Below, one piece after another: positions 37,380 to 50,983 of a stretch of DNA of 54,265 nt. The notes under the pieces are model-generated. The model was not told where the DNA came from and did no database searches. It was given only the letters and a program-made list of their open reading frames with translations. The stretch lies in the NCBI RefSeq assembly GCF_001194135.2, contig NC_068986.1, positions 71,112,525 through 71,166,789 of the forward strand, given 5' to 3'. The position numbers and the translations under genes were made by a program. This DNA comes from Octopus bimaculoides. Taxonomy: Eukaryota. The number at the start of each line of letters is the position of its first letter. Positions within the stretch are counted from its first letter, which is position 1.

Positions 37380-39440
37380 CATGCAAGCATATACACGCTG
37401 AAATATAAAAGGGGCTGAGCATCGGATGGATTAGACTGCTACTCGAAACTTTTTAATAGTGTTCCGCACACATGCAGCTATGAGTGATGCAACACCGACA
37501 GTCAGCAGATACTTGTAACTGGTCATGAATAAATAGTAAACAATTCTCCAAGTCTCAATGTATAGACAAAAAGAAGGGATTATATGACCACCTCTACTAG
37601 AAGAGCAGTAGTTCAAGGGATCCCACCATATGCTTTTTCTGTCTGACACTAATTAACCGTTACCCAACATTATATATTAAACTAAATGCAGTTACAAATC
37701 CTATAGAAAGGCACTCAAGCAGCGTTCTTCAAGATTTATAATGAATGTTGTATCGTGAGTTTAATGTGATGACGCTGTAAAGTACATGTAACACGAAGGT
37801 CATAAGCGGTGTCCTATCAAATCGTTAATGTCTGCTTCCTACTGGAAGCAACGTTCAACATAAAAAGATGACCTCAAGTTATGCGATGCAGGTGATAAAC
37901 ATATAGAAACCCTACTTACAGACAGGCTACAGACTTAGAGGACTTGATATGAAGCTCGGATTCGAAAAACACATTAAAGAGGGGAAAAATGAGAGCAGCA
38001 ATATAGTGATCGAGAAAGAAACGAATATAAGAGTATTAGAAAACTTAGGGACTTAATGACTCTTTGGAGTCCATGGACAAGACAGAGTGTTAGACACAAA
38101 TGTATGATGGGTAATGTACTGAAAAAGAAATATTATGCATATATTAAAATAATAACAGGGCTAAATGCCAAATGCAAAGCAAATAATATCATTACTATTG
38201 CTCTCAGTTATAATTCTTTTTATATTGAACCCTAAATGAATTAGCAACATTAGTCAGGAAAGAAAAATAATGGCTGTATTATGACTGAATACACCACCAA
38301 AAGATTGACGTAGATTTATTTACCGTGAGTACTAAGACAGTGACTCATATGTAACCAGAAAATATCCATTGAAAATCTGCAAAAGTATACAATGAAAAAT
38401 AATAAAAACTAATACAAATAGTTACAAAGTACACAGTAAACTACAATTATTTCCTGTCTTTAATGAAGCATATATAAAACAGAGGCTTAGATCTGACGGT
38501 TATGGTACGGATAAAAGAAAAAGAACAACAGAAATTGTGAAAGATAGAAATTTATGTATGCCTATGCAATGGCACACTAAAATAATGGTAAGAAAATCTA
38601 AAACATGGTCAACACACGAAAAAGAAAACAAACCTAGAAATTGGCAAAGACATGTCCCGACACTAGTTGAGACATACAGAGCTGAAAGCAGGGACTAAAT
38701 GTTTCTTGACTTCAGTACAGGATCAAAACCTCCCCCAAAAGAAGGCACCAGAAGCATGTAATGAATCTGAATACAAGAATATGTAGAAATTGGAAAGAAA
38801 CAAATATATGGCCTGTGGCTTCTCAGTCTTTCACATCGAAGAATATGTTTACAAGCATGAAAGACTTGCTATTTCATACACTGGTAATTATGTCAGTATT
38901 ATGCAATGCCACAACAAAAAAGGTGTTATAATAAATATACATCGGAAAAGTCTCAGAGTATGTGAAAGTAATTATATTCTGGGATGTGCCAATATATTCA
39001 TTCAAAGAAGATCAAAACTGATCGGCAGGTTACTACTGTCAAAGACAACTAGGAAAAGCATATTCTCATAATGGAAGTATAAACTCTAATAAACAAAATT
39101 AAAATTAAGCAAATATAGAGAACTAGAAATAGAGATAACTAGAAATAGAGATAACTAGAATATAGGGACTGAAAGCATAGACAATTCCTATAGCAATAAG
39201 AATTATTAGCATTATTAAAAATCATGATATCAAATACATAACTCAAATCTCATAACTTACAATATGGACAATAGACAGAAAATAGCACTAATAGTTACCG
39301 CACTCGTATTGCCTAGAGTATTTTTGAATGCTAAACAAAATTTAAAAAATAAACTAAACACTTTGCGTGCCCAAGTCCCACACAGCCACATTTGGTAGTG
39401 CAGCGAAAGCACGCAATAAAAGTAAAGCTACTGAAGAATA
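37380..39440 (+). mobile_element. Old, degenerate R4/Dong-clade LINE (RT to 3' UTR)
   Basis: DDLKL at 37867, HGQH at about 38606, ELKAGTKCFLTSVQDQNLP at 38679, KYRELEIEITR..IP..QKIAL at about 39110-39300, 3' UTR similar to 35800-35865. Confidence 0.8.
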
Positions 39441-41290
39441 ACTAGAAGAACAGAAAACTACGTGTCGGTAATGAATAACAACAAAGATGATGAAAAGCTC
39501 TGTAAGAATAAAAAATATCCAATAATACTACCACATCTGAGATCAATATCAATACATAAAAAATATAGCAATGTTGTCCAAATCTTTCGTAGATATATCT
39601 AATACATATTTTACGCTTTTCTGTCTTTATTATGCTCAAGAAACATTGTTTACATAATATACAATTCAACAATAACAAACAGGAATGGGACTCATAAACA
39701 AAGCAAAATGAACCAACTTGAGATAAAGCCAACACTATATAGCGATACACCAGCGATGTCCAATAAACCAAACAGTGATAAAAATATCTATTTGCTTCTT
39801 CAAGATTTATAATGAATGTTGTATCGTGAGTTTAATGTGATGACGCTGTGAAGTACATGTAACACGAAGGTCATAAGCGGTGTCCTATCAAATCGTTAAT
39901 GTCTGCTTCCTACTGGAAGCAACGTTCAACATAAAATAAACTGCAATAGGAAGATGAACGAAAGACCGTTAACCCAGTGCTGCACGCATAAAACACATCC
40001 ATACACTAGCTAATATACATTAGCCTCATCAAAATGGCCTACGAGAAAAGAAAAAAAGGATGTAACATGAATTAAATTAAGTATGGTAGCGCATGTATAG
40101 TTTTATTATAAATTTCTAAAGTACAGAAATAGAAAAACTCATAGAAATAATACACGTTGGAAATAAAATAAAATAACTAGCCAAGTAGAAAAACGATTAG
40201 CTCCTAAAACCCAAACTCTCATATTACAAGCAATCCCTTAAAGCAAAGTGGAAATATTACAAGAGAAGTTACCACACCCAAGATATTACTACAAAAAACA
40301 GCAATTTAAGATGAGGACGAATATCACACAATACCTTAATGAAAATAACCAAGCAAATATCCAGCTACAACGATAATAAATCCCAGCTGCTGCCCATAAA
40401 ACACATAGAATAAAAAGTCATTAACCATAGAGAAAAATCTACGAGAAACAATGAAGGAAATAGATGTGATCAATAACGAATTTAATAAACATGAACCAAT
40501 TGAAACACCTTCACACGTCACACATAAACAAAATTCTTCACAAAATGATAGTCAAAGTCCCGAAAGTTTTTTTTTTTTTATCATAGAACCAAATCCAAAT
40601 CTTACCGAAGACATGGCAGATAATTTGAACATCTGTCATGAACGTTTTTAATGAGAATAAGTTATTTGAAACAAATGCTGAGAGATTTAACGAGACATGA
40701 ATAAAAATGTATAAAACAGTATAATGCTAGTTGAACCCCCGACACCATCAGAAATCGAAATATATTGAGAAAAAAAATCAAACAAAAAAAAAGACAAAAC
40801 ATCAAAACAAAACAACAAAAAAAAAATACAGCGCAATAAATGCACACAATTTATTTGAAAGAAACTGAGGGAAATGCGAAACATGAACTAGCGGGAATTT
40901 ACCAATACTGTAAAGATTACTAGTAAGAGAAAAACCTCAATTTCTAGATAAAATACTTAACCAGTATACTGGAATCTGTAGTATCAGCATTCAATATAAT
41001 ACTAAAAGAACCGGAATCAACATGTAACTTGTTATAAGAGAGTGCAAAATACAAACCAATAACATGTTTACATACAAATTCTTGATACTTCTGATATCTA
41101 GTCTCTCCGACAGATTGGAAAGTAATAACATCCTACTAGAAGAGCAGGAAGGTGTCGAAAAGAAATTTACTTTCATAAAGGGCATCGATTAGTGAACTGA
41201 AAATTTATTCAAGTAAGAAGAGAAAGGAAAACCTAATCATGATATGGATTGAATACTACAAAAACATTTGACAGCATGTTAGATACATAC
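39441..41290 (+). mobile_element. Second degenerate R4/Dong-clade LINE piece (N-terminal region to RT domain 3)
   Basis: YKPITCL (41050), LLEEQEG (about 41132), NLIMIWIEY.K..FDS (about 41230-41276). The upstream boundary is approximate. Confidence 0.7.
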
Positions 41291-41329
41291 GTTATTTTGA
41301 CAATACCATGTCGTAATGGAAGCAACCAT

Positions 41330-41590
41330 ATCACTGCAACTCTCTGATCTTCTTTGAAAAAATCCAGACGTGTGCTGTTATACTCACTTCTTGAAAGCAA
41401 CACTCACCTCGTCAGGTATCATCAAATCGTTATACACCAAAGTGTCATCCCACTGGCCGAAAAGGTATAAGTCGGAGGGCGCCACATTCGGGCTGTATTG
41501 TGGATGAGGAAGCACTCACTGGTCCAATTTGCCTATTCCCTTATTTTTGGTCAATGATGTATGTAATTGCGCGTTGTCATGAAACATATG
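41330..41590 (-). mobile_element. Mariner transposase fragment
   Basis: FHDNAQLHT..*VLPHPQYSPNVAPSDLYLF. Confidence 0.85.
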
Positions 41591-41874
41591 GATCATTTTC
41601 AGAATCTAGTTCCTCTTCATAGTCTCCTTAGCTTATTGCGTGTCGCCTCAGTGGAAATTGAACTTAGAATACAAAGATCCTTAAAAAAAACAAAAAAACC
41701 ACAAGACATTTTTTCCCAACGCTCAAACGATTCTGCCAACTCAGTTTTTGTCGGATTAATATAACTAAAATAAGACTCAACACTATAAATAAGAATGTAT
41801 GTCAATAGATTCTAGACTACATAGGCAAACAAGACCATTTTATTCCCCACCGATCATTCTGAAGNNNNNNNNNN

Positions 41875-41936
<62 letters not shown>

Positions 41937-42046
41937 TTTAATTTTAAGAAACAATTCATTTCATTAAGAATTCAATGGAATTAGGTAAACCTCATCTTTC
42001 ATTTTACAAAATTTGTCCTAGTAATAAGTTTCTGCATATAAAGTTT

Positions 42047-42490
42047 GCAAGGCGGCGAGCTGGCGGAATCGTAAGCACGTCGGGCAAAATGCTTAGAATT
42101 TCATCCGCCTTTATGTTTTAAGTTGATATTCTGTCGAGATCGACTTTGCCTTTCATCCTTTCGAGGTCGATAAAATACTTACCAGTTGAGAACTGAGGTC
42201 GATGTAATAGACTTACTCCTTCCTTCGAAATTGCTGGCCTTGTACCAAGATTTGAAACCAACGTATAACGTTTCTAGTGTAGTGAATTGGTAGAACCAGT
42301 AGAGCTTCGGAGAAATTGCTTTGCGATATTTGTTCCTGCTCTTTACGTTATGATTTCAAGAACGGCCGAGACCAACTTTGCCTTTCAATCTTTCAGGATC
42401 ACTGAAACAAACCAGAAGTTAAGTAGTGAAGTCGATAGTACCAACTCGCCATTCCTCTTAAAATTACTGGCCTTGAATCAGAAATCAATA
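42047..42490 (+). mobile_element. Two tandem SINE family B copies (42047-42262 and degenerate 42288-42490)
   Basis: ggcgagctggcggaatcgtaagcacg..gtcgagatcgactttgcctttcatcctttcgaggtcga; the second copy has the same modules. Confidence 0.8.
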
Positions 42491-43541
42491 TATAACTTTT
42501 GCCCTAACACATGGTTTTGTGTGACTCATTATTGAAATTTCTTACTAGCAAGTTAGTATTTAAAAATTTTAAAAGATGCCTTTGAAATACTACTTCGCAG
42601 AGAAATTTTGTCAAAGATACAAATAATTATTCATAGTATTACATTATTGAGTAGATATAGACAAGCAAATGTTCTAATTGAAATATATATCTTTCTGCAT
42701 AGTCTCAATCGTGAAATACTTTGTTCAAGTTATCTGAGTTTAAAAGGGAAAATAACTCCGGAATCATAAGATTACAGTTATTACTTTAAAAGAAACATGA
42801 AAACATTATTATTTTATACGAAGTCTGTTTTTCTGATTTTTTTTTCTTTCAGATCGTTTCCTCTCTGATGACCATTAATCTCTAATAACCGCCTTTTCTT
42901 TGATGGACTTCTATCGACGAAAATTTTAATCTGATGACTTCTTAACTTTATTTGACGTCGTTAATTATCCCTCCGCTCTTCTAAGTACAGACACAGGCGT
43001 CACTTCTCTCTAACAGCTGACACCAATGATCACGTGTAGAAGCTTAATTATGGCTGTCACCTTCGCTACGTTCCAACCATTAGGATTTCCTCATTAAACT
43101 AATGAGCAAAATAATACACCATCTTTTTTGGAATTTTGAAATATTGTTTCAAAATCCTAATATTAAAAACAAGTTATTTTAAAACATAGTTTTGCGGGAA
43201 TATGAAAACAGCTTCTATAAGCGAGAAATGTTAACCATCTCAGTCAAACGTAGTTCTAAAATTTAGTTTCAGATTATTAAAAAGAAAGCCTTAGTATATT
43301 TATCTGTCATCACATTCTAGTTTGTCGTCCTTCATATTTATACAGTTAAACGCTGAAATGCTTAGTTTAAATAACCATCGCACAAAATAAAGAAGCAATC
43401 ACTGTTTGCTGCAGGAAGCTATGAGATATGCACTCGGCTCTAAGCGCACTGAGTTTTATAGCAGAATGAAAATGATTACGTAACTTCTGTTCTATTGTCA
43501 TTAATTAATTAATATACACACACACACATATATATATATGC

Positions 43542-43589
<48 letters not shown>

Positions 43590-43599
43590 NNNNNNNNNN

Positions 43600-43662
<63 letters not shown>

Positions 43663-44266
43663 CTAGGTAACGACAACATGTATATACATACAAAAACACT
43701 CACGCATACACACATATATATATATATATACAATACACACACACACACACACATATACATACAAATGTGTGTGTATATGTATGTATGTATATATGTATGT
43801 ATGTATGTGTATATATTACTTTGTAGTATTAGAATTGGGTTTTACCATGGGAATCACACTGTTGCCAATTTAGATTGGTTGACATTAAAACGCCCATTTA
43901 TGACCGGAGATAAATGCATAAGCAATCAATGAAAATGGCTGATTATTCAACAATCATTGGATTGGCTTCATTTAGTAATGTCATATACTGACGAAAAGAA
44001 GGGCTCGAAGCCGGATATTTTCATATCTCTATAAACACCAATTTTACCGGGAGTAATCGATTATTTTTCATTGCTAATATATAGTCGTTTTATAGAATTC
44101 GTAAACTCCTCCCATGCTCTGAATTGTTTGCAATAGTTCAGTGCCAATAAAGCACTTATGGAAATGACAGCTGCTTCTCATGTTATTTTAGTCGTTATTT
44201 CAGCTGTTTGTTCGTTATTCTCAACACTTTTAATATCTTAAGAGGTAATATTAATACACTATCATC

Positions 44267-44402
44267 ATGAAAGCTAAAAAAGAAATCTCTTTCCCTCTAT
44301 TCATGTTAACCATGCTACTCCTTATCATGGAATCAACAACTGCAGATGAAGGGGATGCAATGAATTATATGAGGAGGAACACCAACTATTTTGTGAAAGC
44401 AG
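44267..44402 (+). CDS. Candidate first coding exon of a secreted peptide (signal peptide plus acidic propeptide with RR)
   Basis: atcATG context; MKAKKEISFPLFMLTMLLLIMESTTA/DEGDAMNYMRRNTNYFVKA; AG|GTATTT donor in phase 1. Confidence 0.45.
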
Positions 44403-44689
44403 GTATTTTACTCAGTCACTTTTTACTAGCAACATTATCGATAAATTAAAAAAAAAGTTATACATACATGTGTATGTATGCGCGCGCGGGCGCGTTTATG
44501 CATCTGTGAATGCAAGTGCTTGTTGTTACATGCGCCTTTTCAAAATTTAACACGAGTATATTTACATTAGTATATAAATACGCAATGCATTTCTGACTGA
44601 TTATCGAATTAATAATTTGTGCTAAATATGCTTTTGTATGCACGCGAGTATGTCATAATTACGTTCTTTTAAAAAAAAAAAAAAATAAC

Positions 44690-44908
44690 GGTTAGCGAGT
44701 TGGCAGGATAGTTTGCTTGACGGTAAAAATGCCCTGTGGTATTTGTTCGGGCTCTTTTTGCTCTGAGTTCATATCCCACTGAGGTCAAATTTACCTTTTT
44801 TCATGTTGGTAGTCGATAAAATAAGTATCATTCGTGTACTGGAGGCGATAGTATTGCCAAACCTCTTAGACTAAAAATTTCTGGTTTTGTGCCTCAGTTA
44901 ATAACAAT
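44690..44908 (+). mobile_element. Diverged SINE family B
   Basis: gcgagttggcaggatagtt..ctctgagttcatatcccactgaggtcaa..gtcgataaaataagta. Confidence 0.7.
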
Positions 44909-45329
44909 TATATATATACATATACATGTGCATGTGTGTGTATAGATAGATAGATAGATAGATAGATAGACATATATATCATTTGATGTTCCTATAGTGT
45001 ACAGATGACATGACTTTAGGCTTTCCTCATGTAGCATTCTTGACAATAATAGCTAGAAATTGATCTCCAGGCTTTTCATTAGTTGCTGTTAAGCAGTGAT
45101 ATTTTTTCCTTTCGAATATGAAGTGAATGTAGGTATGAAATACTGTCTCAAATTACCAAATTGTTTTATATGTTAATATAATGGATATACATGTATATGC
45201 ACGTGTGTATGTGCGTGTGTCTGTGTGTGCATGCACGCCCATCTTGTGTATTCATACATGCATGCATACATACATACATACATACATACATACATACATG
45301 CACATACATATATACATACACACACTCGC

Positions 45330-45375
<46 letters not shown>

Positions 45376-45448
45376 ACACGTATACATATATACACACAAG
45401 CATATATTCACCCAGGCGTATACGCACAACCCACTCATGTTTACACAG

Positions 45449-45492
45449 CGGGCTCTTTTCGTGGCAGCTGTCCACTTCGCGGTGAATGCTGA
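45449..45492 (+). CDS. Candidate second/terminal coding exon (AGSFRGSCPLRGEC*)
   Basis: ctcatgtttacacAG acceptor, phase compatible with the 44267 exon, GC-richer non-repeat island. Confidence 0.3.
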
Positions 45493-47692
45493 GTGAGTGA
45501 TAAATGTAATGTTGTACACCGACTGTTGTTAGCAATTCTAAGCTGAACTGGAGTGCAGAACTTGATCTGAAGCTGAATCAGATTCACCTGGTACGTAATG
45601 CTGACAGGTGTTCTGAAGCACTGATATACATTCTACCTAGAATAGAATGAAATGCAAGTAGTAGATTTAAATCATAAACACTTGAGCTCATTGTCACAAT
45701 CCTTAGCAATTTAACTAGCCTGTAGCTATATATACACTCACATGCATATACATAAAAACACTCGCACACATTTTTGAGTGGATGGTTTATAGATGCATAT
45801 TTACATATATTCAAATTATCTATATGAAGTATAAGCACATACATCATACGATAGAATTTTGTTGATAAAAATACTGATAAAGTATCTTTCACGCAATGAA
45901 ATTAAATTTTATTCTCTATGAAAGCTTTAATGTCAATTCACATTTAAAAAATCTATTCATAGAATTTAGAACAAAAATCATATACTTATGTTTTTCGCTT
46001 ATGGTGTCTCTTTTCGAAAACACTTCACTTTGCTGATTTTTATACTTGTATTATATCAAATGTACATATACCTATGCATATATTTATGATATTTAATTTT
46101 ATTCTCTTAACTATTTTACTGTCTCATATCAACACCATTAATTATCATGACTATTGGAGGGGCATCTATGGAAGACTTCAGCTTTATAAAGTATGACATT
46201 TCACTAAATGCTATATCTCACTGTAAGCAACATCTATTGGCGATTTGAAATATACGGTGCAATCTAACAAGCTTTGCGCAAATTTGGGTACTTAGGTCAT
46301 AGATTTGAACTCTCTTTAGCACGACCTCTTTGAGTATTCATAAACAACATTAATGAGCTAGGCACATACATATGCCCACATTAAAATACCCTCATGAATG
46401 GTTTATATATAATAGCTCGTCTTTATATAGTTGACGTGTACTGTGAAACGCATATCGCCACCCCTATTGCCAAAGAGGGTATTCAAACGGGTATTATATA
46501 CATGGAGAAACTTACTGGATAGAATTGCGTATCATTTGATGTTCAGTAAATAGCACGTTAAAGGATAGAAATCTCATAATCAGATACCTGCTCATCTGAT
46601 AACGAGAGATTTATTATTAGTGATCTTGCAAACCAGTACAACAAATGATAGTTGAACAGTCGGACCAAGTAAGTAGCTAAAAGTAACTGCAAAGTTAGTA
46701 TTTAAATTCGTTGAAGGTAATCCTATAAAAAGGGCTCTTAAGTACAGCTTATCGCCGTTAGCCGCGTTACCTACAATCACGCTACCTGTTTTCTGTTGTG
46801 CTGACTGAAATCTCTATATGATTCCATAAAGATTTCATTTAAAGCATTGACACTCGTAAATGAATGTCCTTTTGTGGTCAGAAAAGACGTACCAGTCGAC
46901 TTGTTTTGCAATCTTCGTGGAAAATTTAACAGTAACCAACTACCATTCTCCAACTGTCGATAGTAATGCTGTGTCTATTGTCACTGTAATTAAACATTTT
47001 AATTAAATTTGATGCAACAATTTGTATAAATTGCGAAATCTTAGCTGCTATTCTAATTCATAAATTGCTTATACGTGGGCAATGATTATTTTCGATGTAA
47101 TTATGTACTACGGAATGAGCTATAGATGTCAGCCAACACTGTGTGAGTAGAATTATTAAACTTAATTTAAATACATTGGAAGTTGCAAACGACTGTGATT
47201 TATTTTTAATAAAATCTCTGTGAAGAGAGAGTTCAGCTAGACTAGTTTCTGAGTTGAAACTTGCCCGGTAACTGACTTCCATTTACTAAATGTCCTCAGT
47301 GATATTGTGTTTATAGTCGTTATCGTCGAAACATTTATTATATCAGATACAGAGGTTTGTACTAATGACACATTCTTGGCAGTTATTTCGATGTCCTGTG
47401 TATTTAATCAAGTTTAATAAATTTATACAATTTCTCTTTATTTTTCTGTCCATTGTACGGTTGTATTAAAAAAAACCCAGTCATTTACGACTGTCCATTG
47501 TTTTCATTAAGTTTAATTATTAGTTTACGAAACATCGATGGCTGAAATTTATAAAGTTATCATGTATTGCATCATAGCATCAAAAACGGACTTAACTCAG
47601 ACGTCAGCAACTTCTGCCAAGACTTCATTTATTCAAATCAAGTTATCAGAGTCAAAAAGAGCGCTCAATAATAACGGCTAGAAATACCATAT

Positions 47693-48564
47693 CGTTTTCT
47701 TTCACTTGTTTCAGTCATTTGACTGCGGCCATGTTGGAGCAATGCCTTGAAGGGTTTTAGTCGAATAAATCGACCCTAGGACTTATTTTTTTAGGCCTGG
47801 TACTTATTCTATCGGTGTCTTTTGTCGAACCACTTAGTTACGAGAACATAAACATACCAACATCGGTTGTGAAGCGGTGGTGGAGAGGGGGGGGCAAACA
47901 CAGACATAGACACATACAAATATACACATATATACATATACGACGGGCTTCTTTCAGTTTTCGTCTACCAAATCCACTCACAAGACTTCGGTCGGGGCGA
48001 GACTATAGTAGAAGACACTTTAGGTTTCATGCAGTAGTACTGAACTCGGAACCATGTGATCGGGAAGCAAGCTACTTACCACTAAGCCACGCCAGTGCCT
48101 ATTTCTTTCTTTTATCTTTTACTTGTTTCACTCATTTGACCGCAGCTATGCTGGGACACCACCTTGAAGAATCTATAGCCGAATGTATCGACCCCAGTAG
48201 GTAGTTTTTGAAGCCTGCTATTTATTCTATCGCTCCTTTTTGCCGAAACTCTGTTACGGGACGTAAAGACACCAGCACCCGTTGTCAAGCGGTGGTGTGG
48301 TGGGGGGACAAACATAGACACAAAGACACCCACACGCGCGCATCCACCCACACACTCACACCCCCACAAACCCACACACCCCACACCCACATACACACTT
48401 ATATACATATATGTATACGACGGGCTTCTTTCAGTTTCCGTCTACCAAATCCACTTAAAAGGCTTTGGTCAGCCCGGGGCTATAGTAGAAGACACTCGTT
48501 CAAGATGCTACGCAGTGGAACTGAACCCGGAAGTAAGCTTCTTACCTCACAGTCACGCCTGCGC
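47693..48564 (-). mobile_element. Head-to-tail dimer of SINE family A (47693-48100 and 48103-48564)
   Basis: Two full copies, each with cttgtttc..catttgac tail, cgacgggcttctttcagttt core and cttacc..agccacgcc head. Confidence 0.9.
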
Positions 48565-48829
48565 ATTTGTGATCCTATTTATAATGAATCGCGTCATATT
48601 CCTGTAAGATGAAGATTGGAATTAGTTCAGCTGATCCCTCTTTTCTCTCCATTGCTAGAGTGTATAACAATTAATTTACAGTTGCGCTGTTGATTGGAAT
48701 GTAAAGATTTATTCTATAGAAGTTTATATCATACAAAATAACACGGGTAACATGTCGGTAATTTTCACACCATAACTAGGCCGAATAATAGGGTGATGTA
48801 CACATTACAAAACTACAAAAGTGCCCTAT

Positions 48830-50320
48830 TGAAGATATCCTTCATAGTAGCCTTAAAATAGAAGAGGAGTAGACATTCTAAGACCATTGAGCAGAGAAAA
48901 GGTAACTTCGTAGATAGGAATATAAAACTAATTCTGGAAAGAGATATATGGCTGAGGCTCCGGAATCGTGGAAAACAACAAAATCCATGTAGTTAGAAAT
49001 CCAGATACTTTTCGCTTTGCATCACATAGATTAAACTGTGAGGGAGTAGTCAAGACTGAATTCAGAGAAATAAGCGCAACAGTATATACAGAAGATGCAA
49101 TTAGAATGATAACAAAATAAACGGAATAACTTAAAAAACAGATGCTAATTGCAATGACATACAAAGCTCCTATACTGCACTGAAGGATGCATATGGACCT
49201 CAAAAGTGAGGTGCCGATCTGCTGAAATCAGCTGTTGGATCATCAATGTTTCAGGAAAAACGATACAAATTAATTGCTTTACGAATCACGTTCAGCAATT
49301 GAGAAGATTACTGGAAGGGAGAAACTCAGTAGTTCAATATGGGAACCAAAGGAGAAGATGCCCCATCAGTATGGTGTTTTATCTCAGACAAATCCAGAGA
49401 AAATATGTGGAGTAGTGTACTACATGTGCTCAATATTGACTTCACGAAGGCATTCGACATAGTAAATAATTTGAATCTAAGTAAAATATTCAGTTTTAGA
49501 TGTTCGGGAAACTTGACTCGTATAAAAGAGTCCCTGTGTACTTAAATCAAGGCTCAAGTCACGATGAAGAACTTCAGCTCTGTATAGTTTGAGGTTACTG
49601 GCAGAATAAATCAGAGCTATGTTCTAGCGTGAAGGCGCAATGGCCCAGTGGTTAGGGCAGCGGACTCGCGGTCGTAGGATTGCGGTTTTCATTCCCAGAC
49701 TGGGCGTTAGTGTTTATTGAGCGAAAACTCCTAAAGCTCCACGAGGCTTTGGCAGAGGGTGGTGGCGAAACCTGCTGTACTCTTTCACCACAACTTTCTC
49801 TCACTCTTTCTTTCTGTTTCTGTTGTACCTGTATTTCAAAGGCACACAAAAGTCCTGATGTTAAGGTCTCGCACCTCAAAGCCAATACATAAAGTTTAGA
49901 TAGAAAATTAATATCAGGATTGAATACATAATGTTTAGATTGAACTGAAGTATTTTTAACAGCAAATCCTAACTCGAGCGAAGTGGCACAACCTGAGTTC
50001 ACCGTGGCAATTGATATACTGGAAATAGGCAAAAGATATTTCTAAAACGTTGCAAGCACTGAAGTCACATCAAAGTCAGATCATGCACTTTATACAGAAA
50101 GAGAGACCAGGATCATCCTAACCCTAGACTAAGTGGAGATCTCTCATATACAAGAAATATTGCTTCGACGAAATCAACACTGGCTGTGGCATGGTCAAGG
50201 AAGAGAGAAAACTCGATTTCCAAGACACTCCTCGCATTTGTCTTGGTCGTACGAGAAATCGGATACGACATCGTCTGAGACACAAGTATGCAACATTAGA
50301 GCAAACCTTGATGCTCACAA
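48830..50320 (+). mobile_element. Degenerate RTE-clade LINE RT fragment, interrupted by a SINE
   Basis: LRQIQRK, LHVLNIDFTKAFDIVN, FEVTG..YVLA before the SINE, and LRRNQHWLWHG..RFPRH..RLRHK after it. Confidence 0.78.
49634..49842 (+). mobile_element. tRNA-derived SINE (family C)
   Basis: A-box TGGCCCAGTGG, degenerate B-box ggttttcattccc, tRNA-like head ggcgcaatggcccagtggttagggcagcggactcgcg. Confidence 0.8.
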
Positions 50321-50691
50321 TCGGATCACATGAACGAAGAACAGAAATGGTGGAAGAAAATTCATTCCTTATACTACGGCTCGATACATCTCACATGAAC
50401 AGTCATTGTCGACTATCAACAAACTGTGTAATGAGTGTTATATGCTTAATCGATTTGATCGCCTATTACTCTTTTTGCTATTTTGTCAGTCACAGAAAGG
50501 GAAAATATATTCTTCAGGGTTTCAGCTAAAATTCATAATTACTTTTTTTTATATACATACTTCATTTTAACGAATTCTCTCAAAATGTTTAAAATAATAA
50601 AGAGAAAAGACTGCGTTTAAAATCTTTACTCAATCATCTGCCTTACTATCTTGTAATAAATTAATAAACTGATTGACTGCGTAACCATTAT

Positions 50692-50706
50692 CTATCTATC
50701 TATCTT

Positions 50707-50757
<51 letters not shown>

Positions 50758-50792
50758 GCCTGCCTGCCTGCCTGTCTGCCTGTCTGTCTGCA

Positions 50793-50853
<61 letters not shown>

Positions 50854-50876
50854 GTCAGTTTGTCTGTCTGTTTGTT

Positions 50877-50909
<33 letters not shown>

Positions 50910-50937
50910 ATTTGTCTGTCTGTCTGTTTATCTATCC

Positions 50938-50983
<46 letters not shown>

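Noticed and set aside
47058-47282. Minus ORF with a hydrophobic stretch resembling a signal peptide
   Set aside because: The hydrophobic segment begins about 37 residues in, only a weak donor exists, and there is no homology.
47265-47305. Minus-strand CTGAGGA-CATTT/AAATG hairpin-GAAG
   Set aside because: GAAG instead of GAAA, and no stem III, NUH site or stem I; chance.
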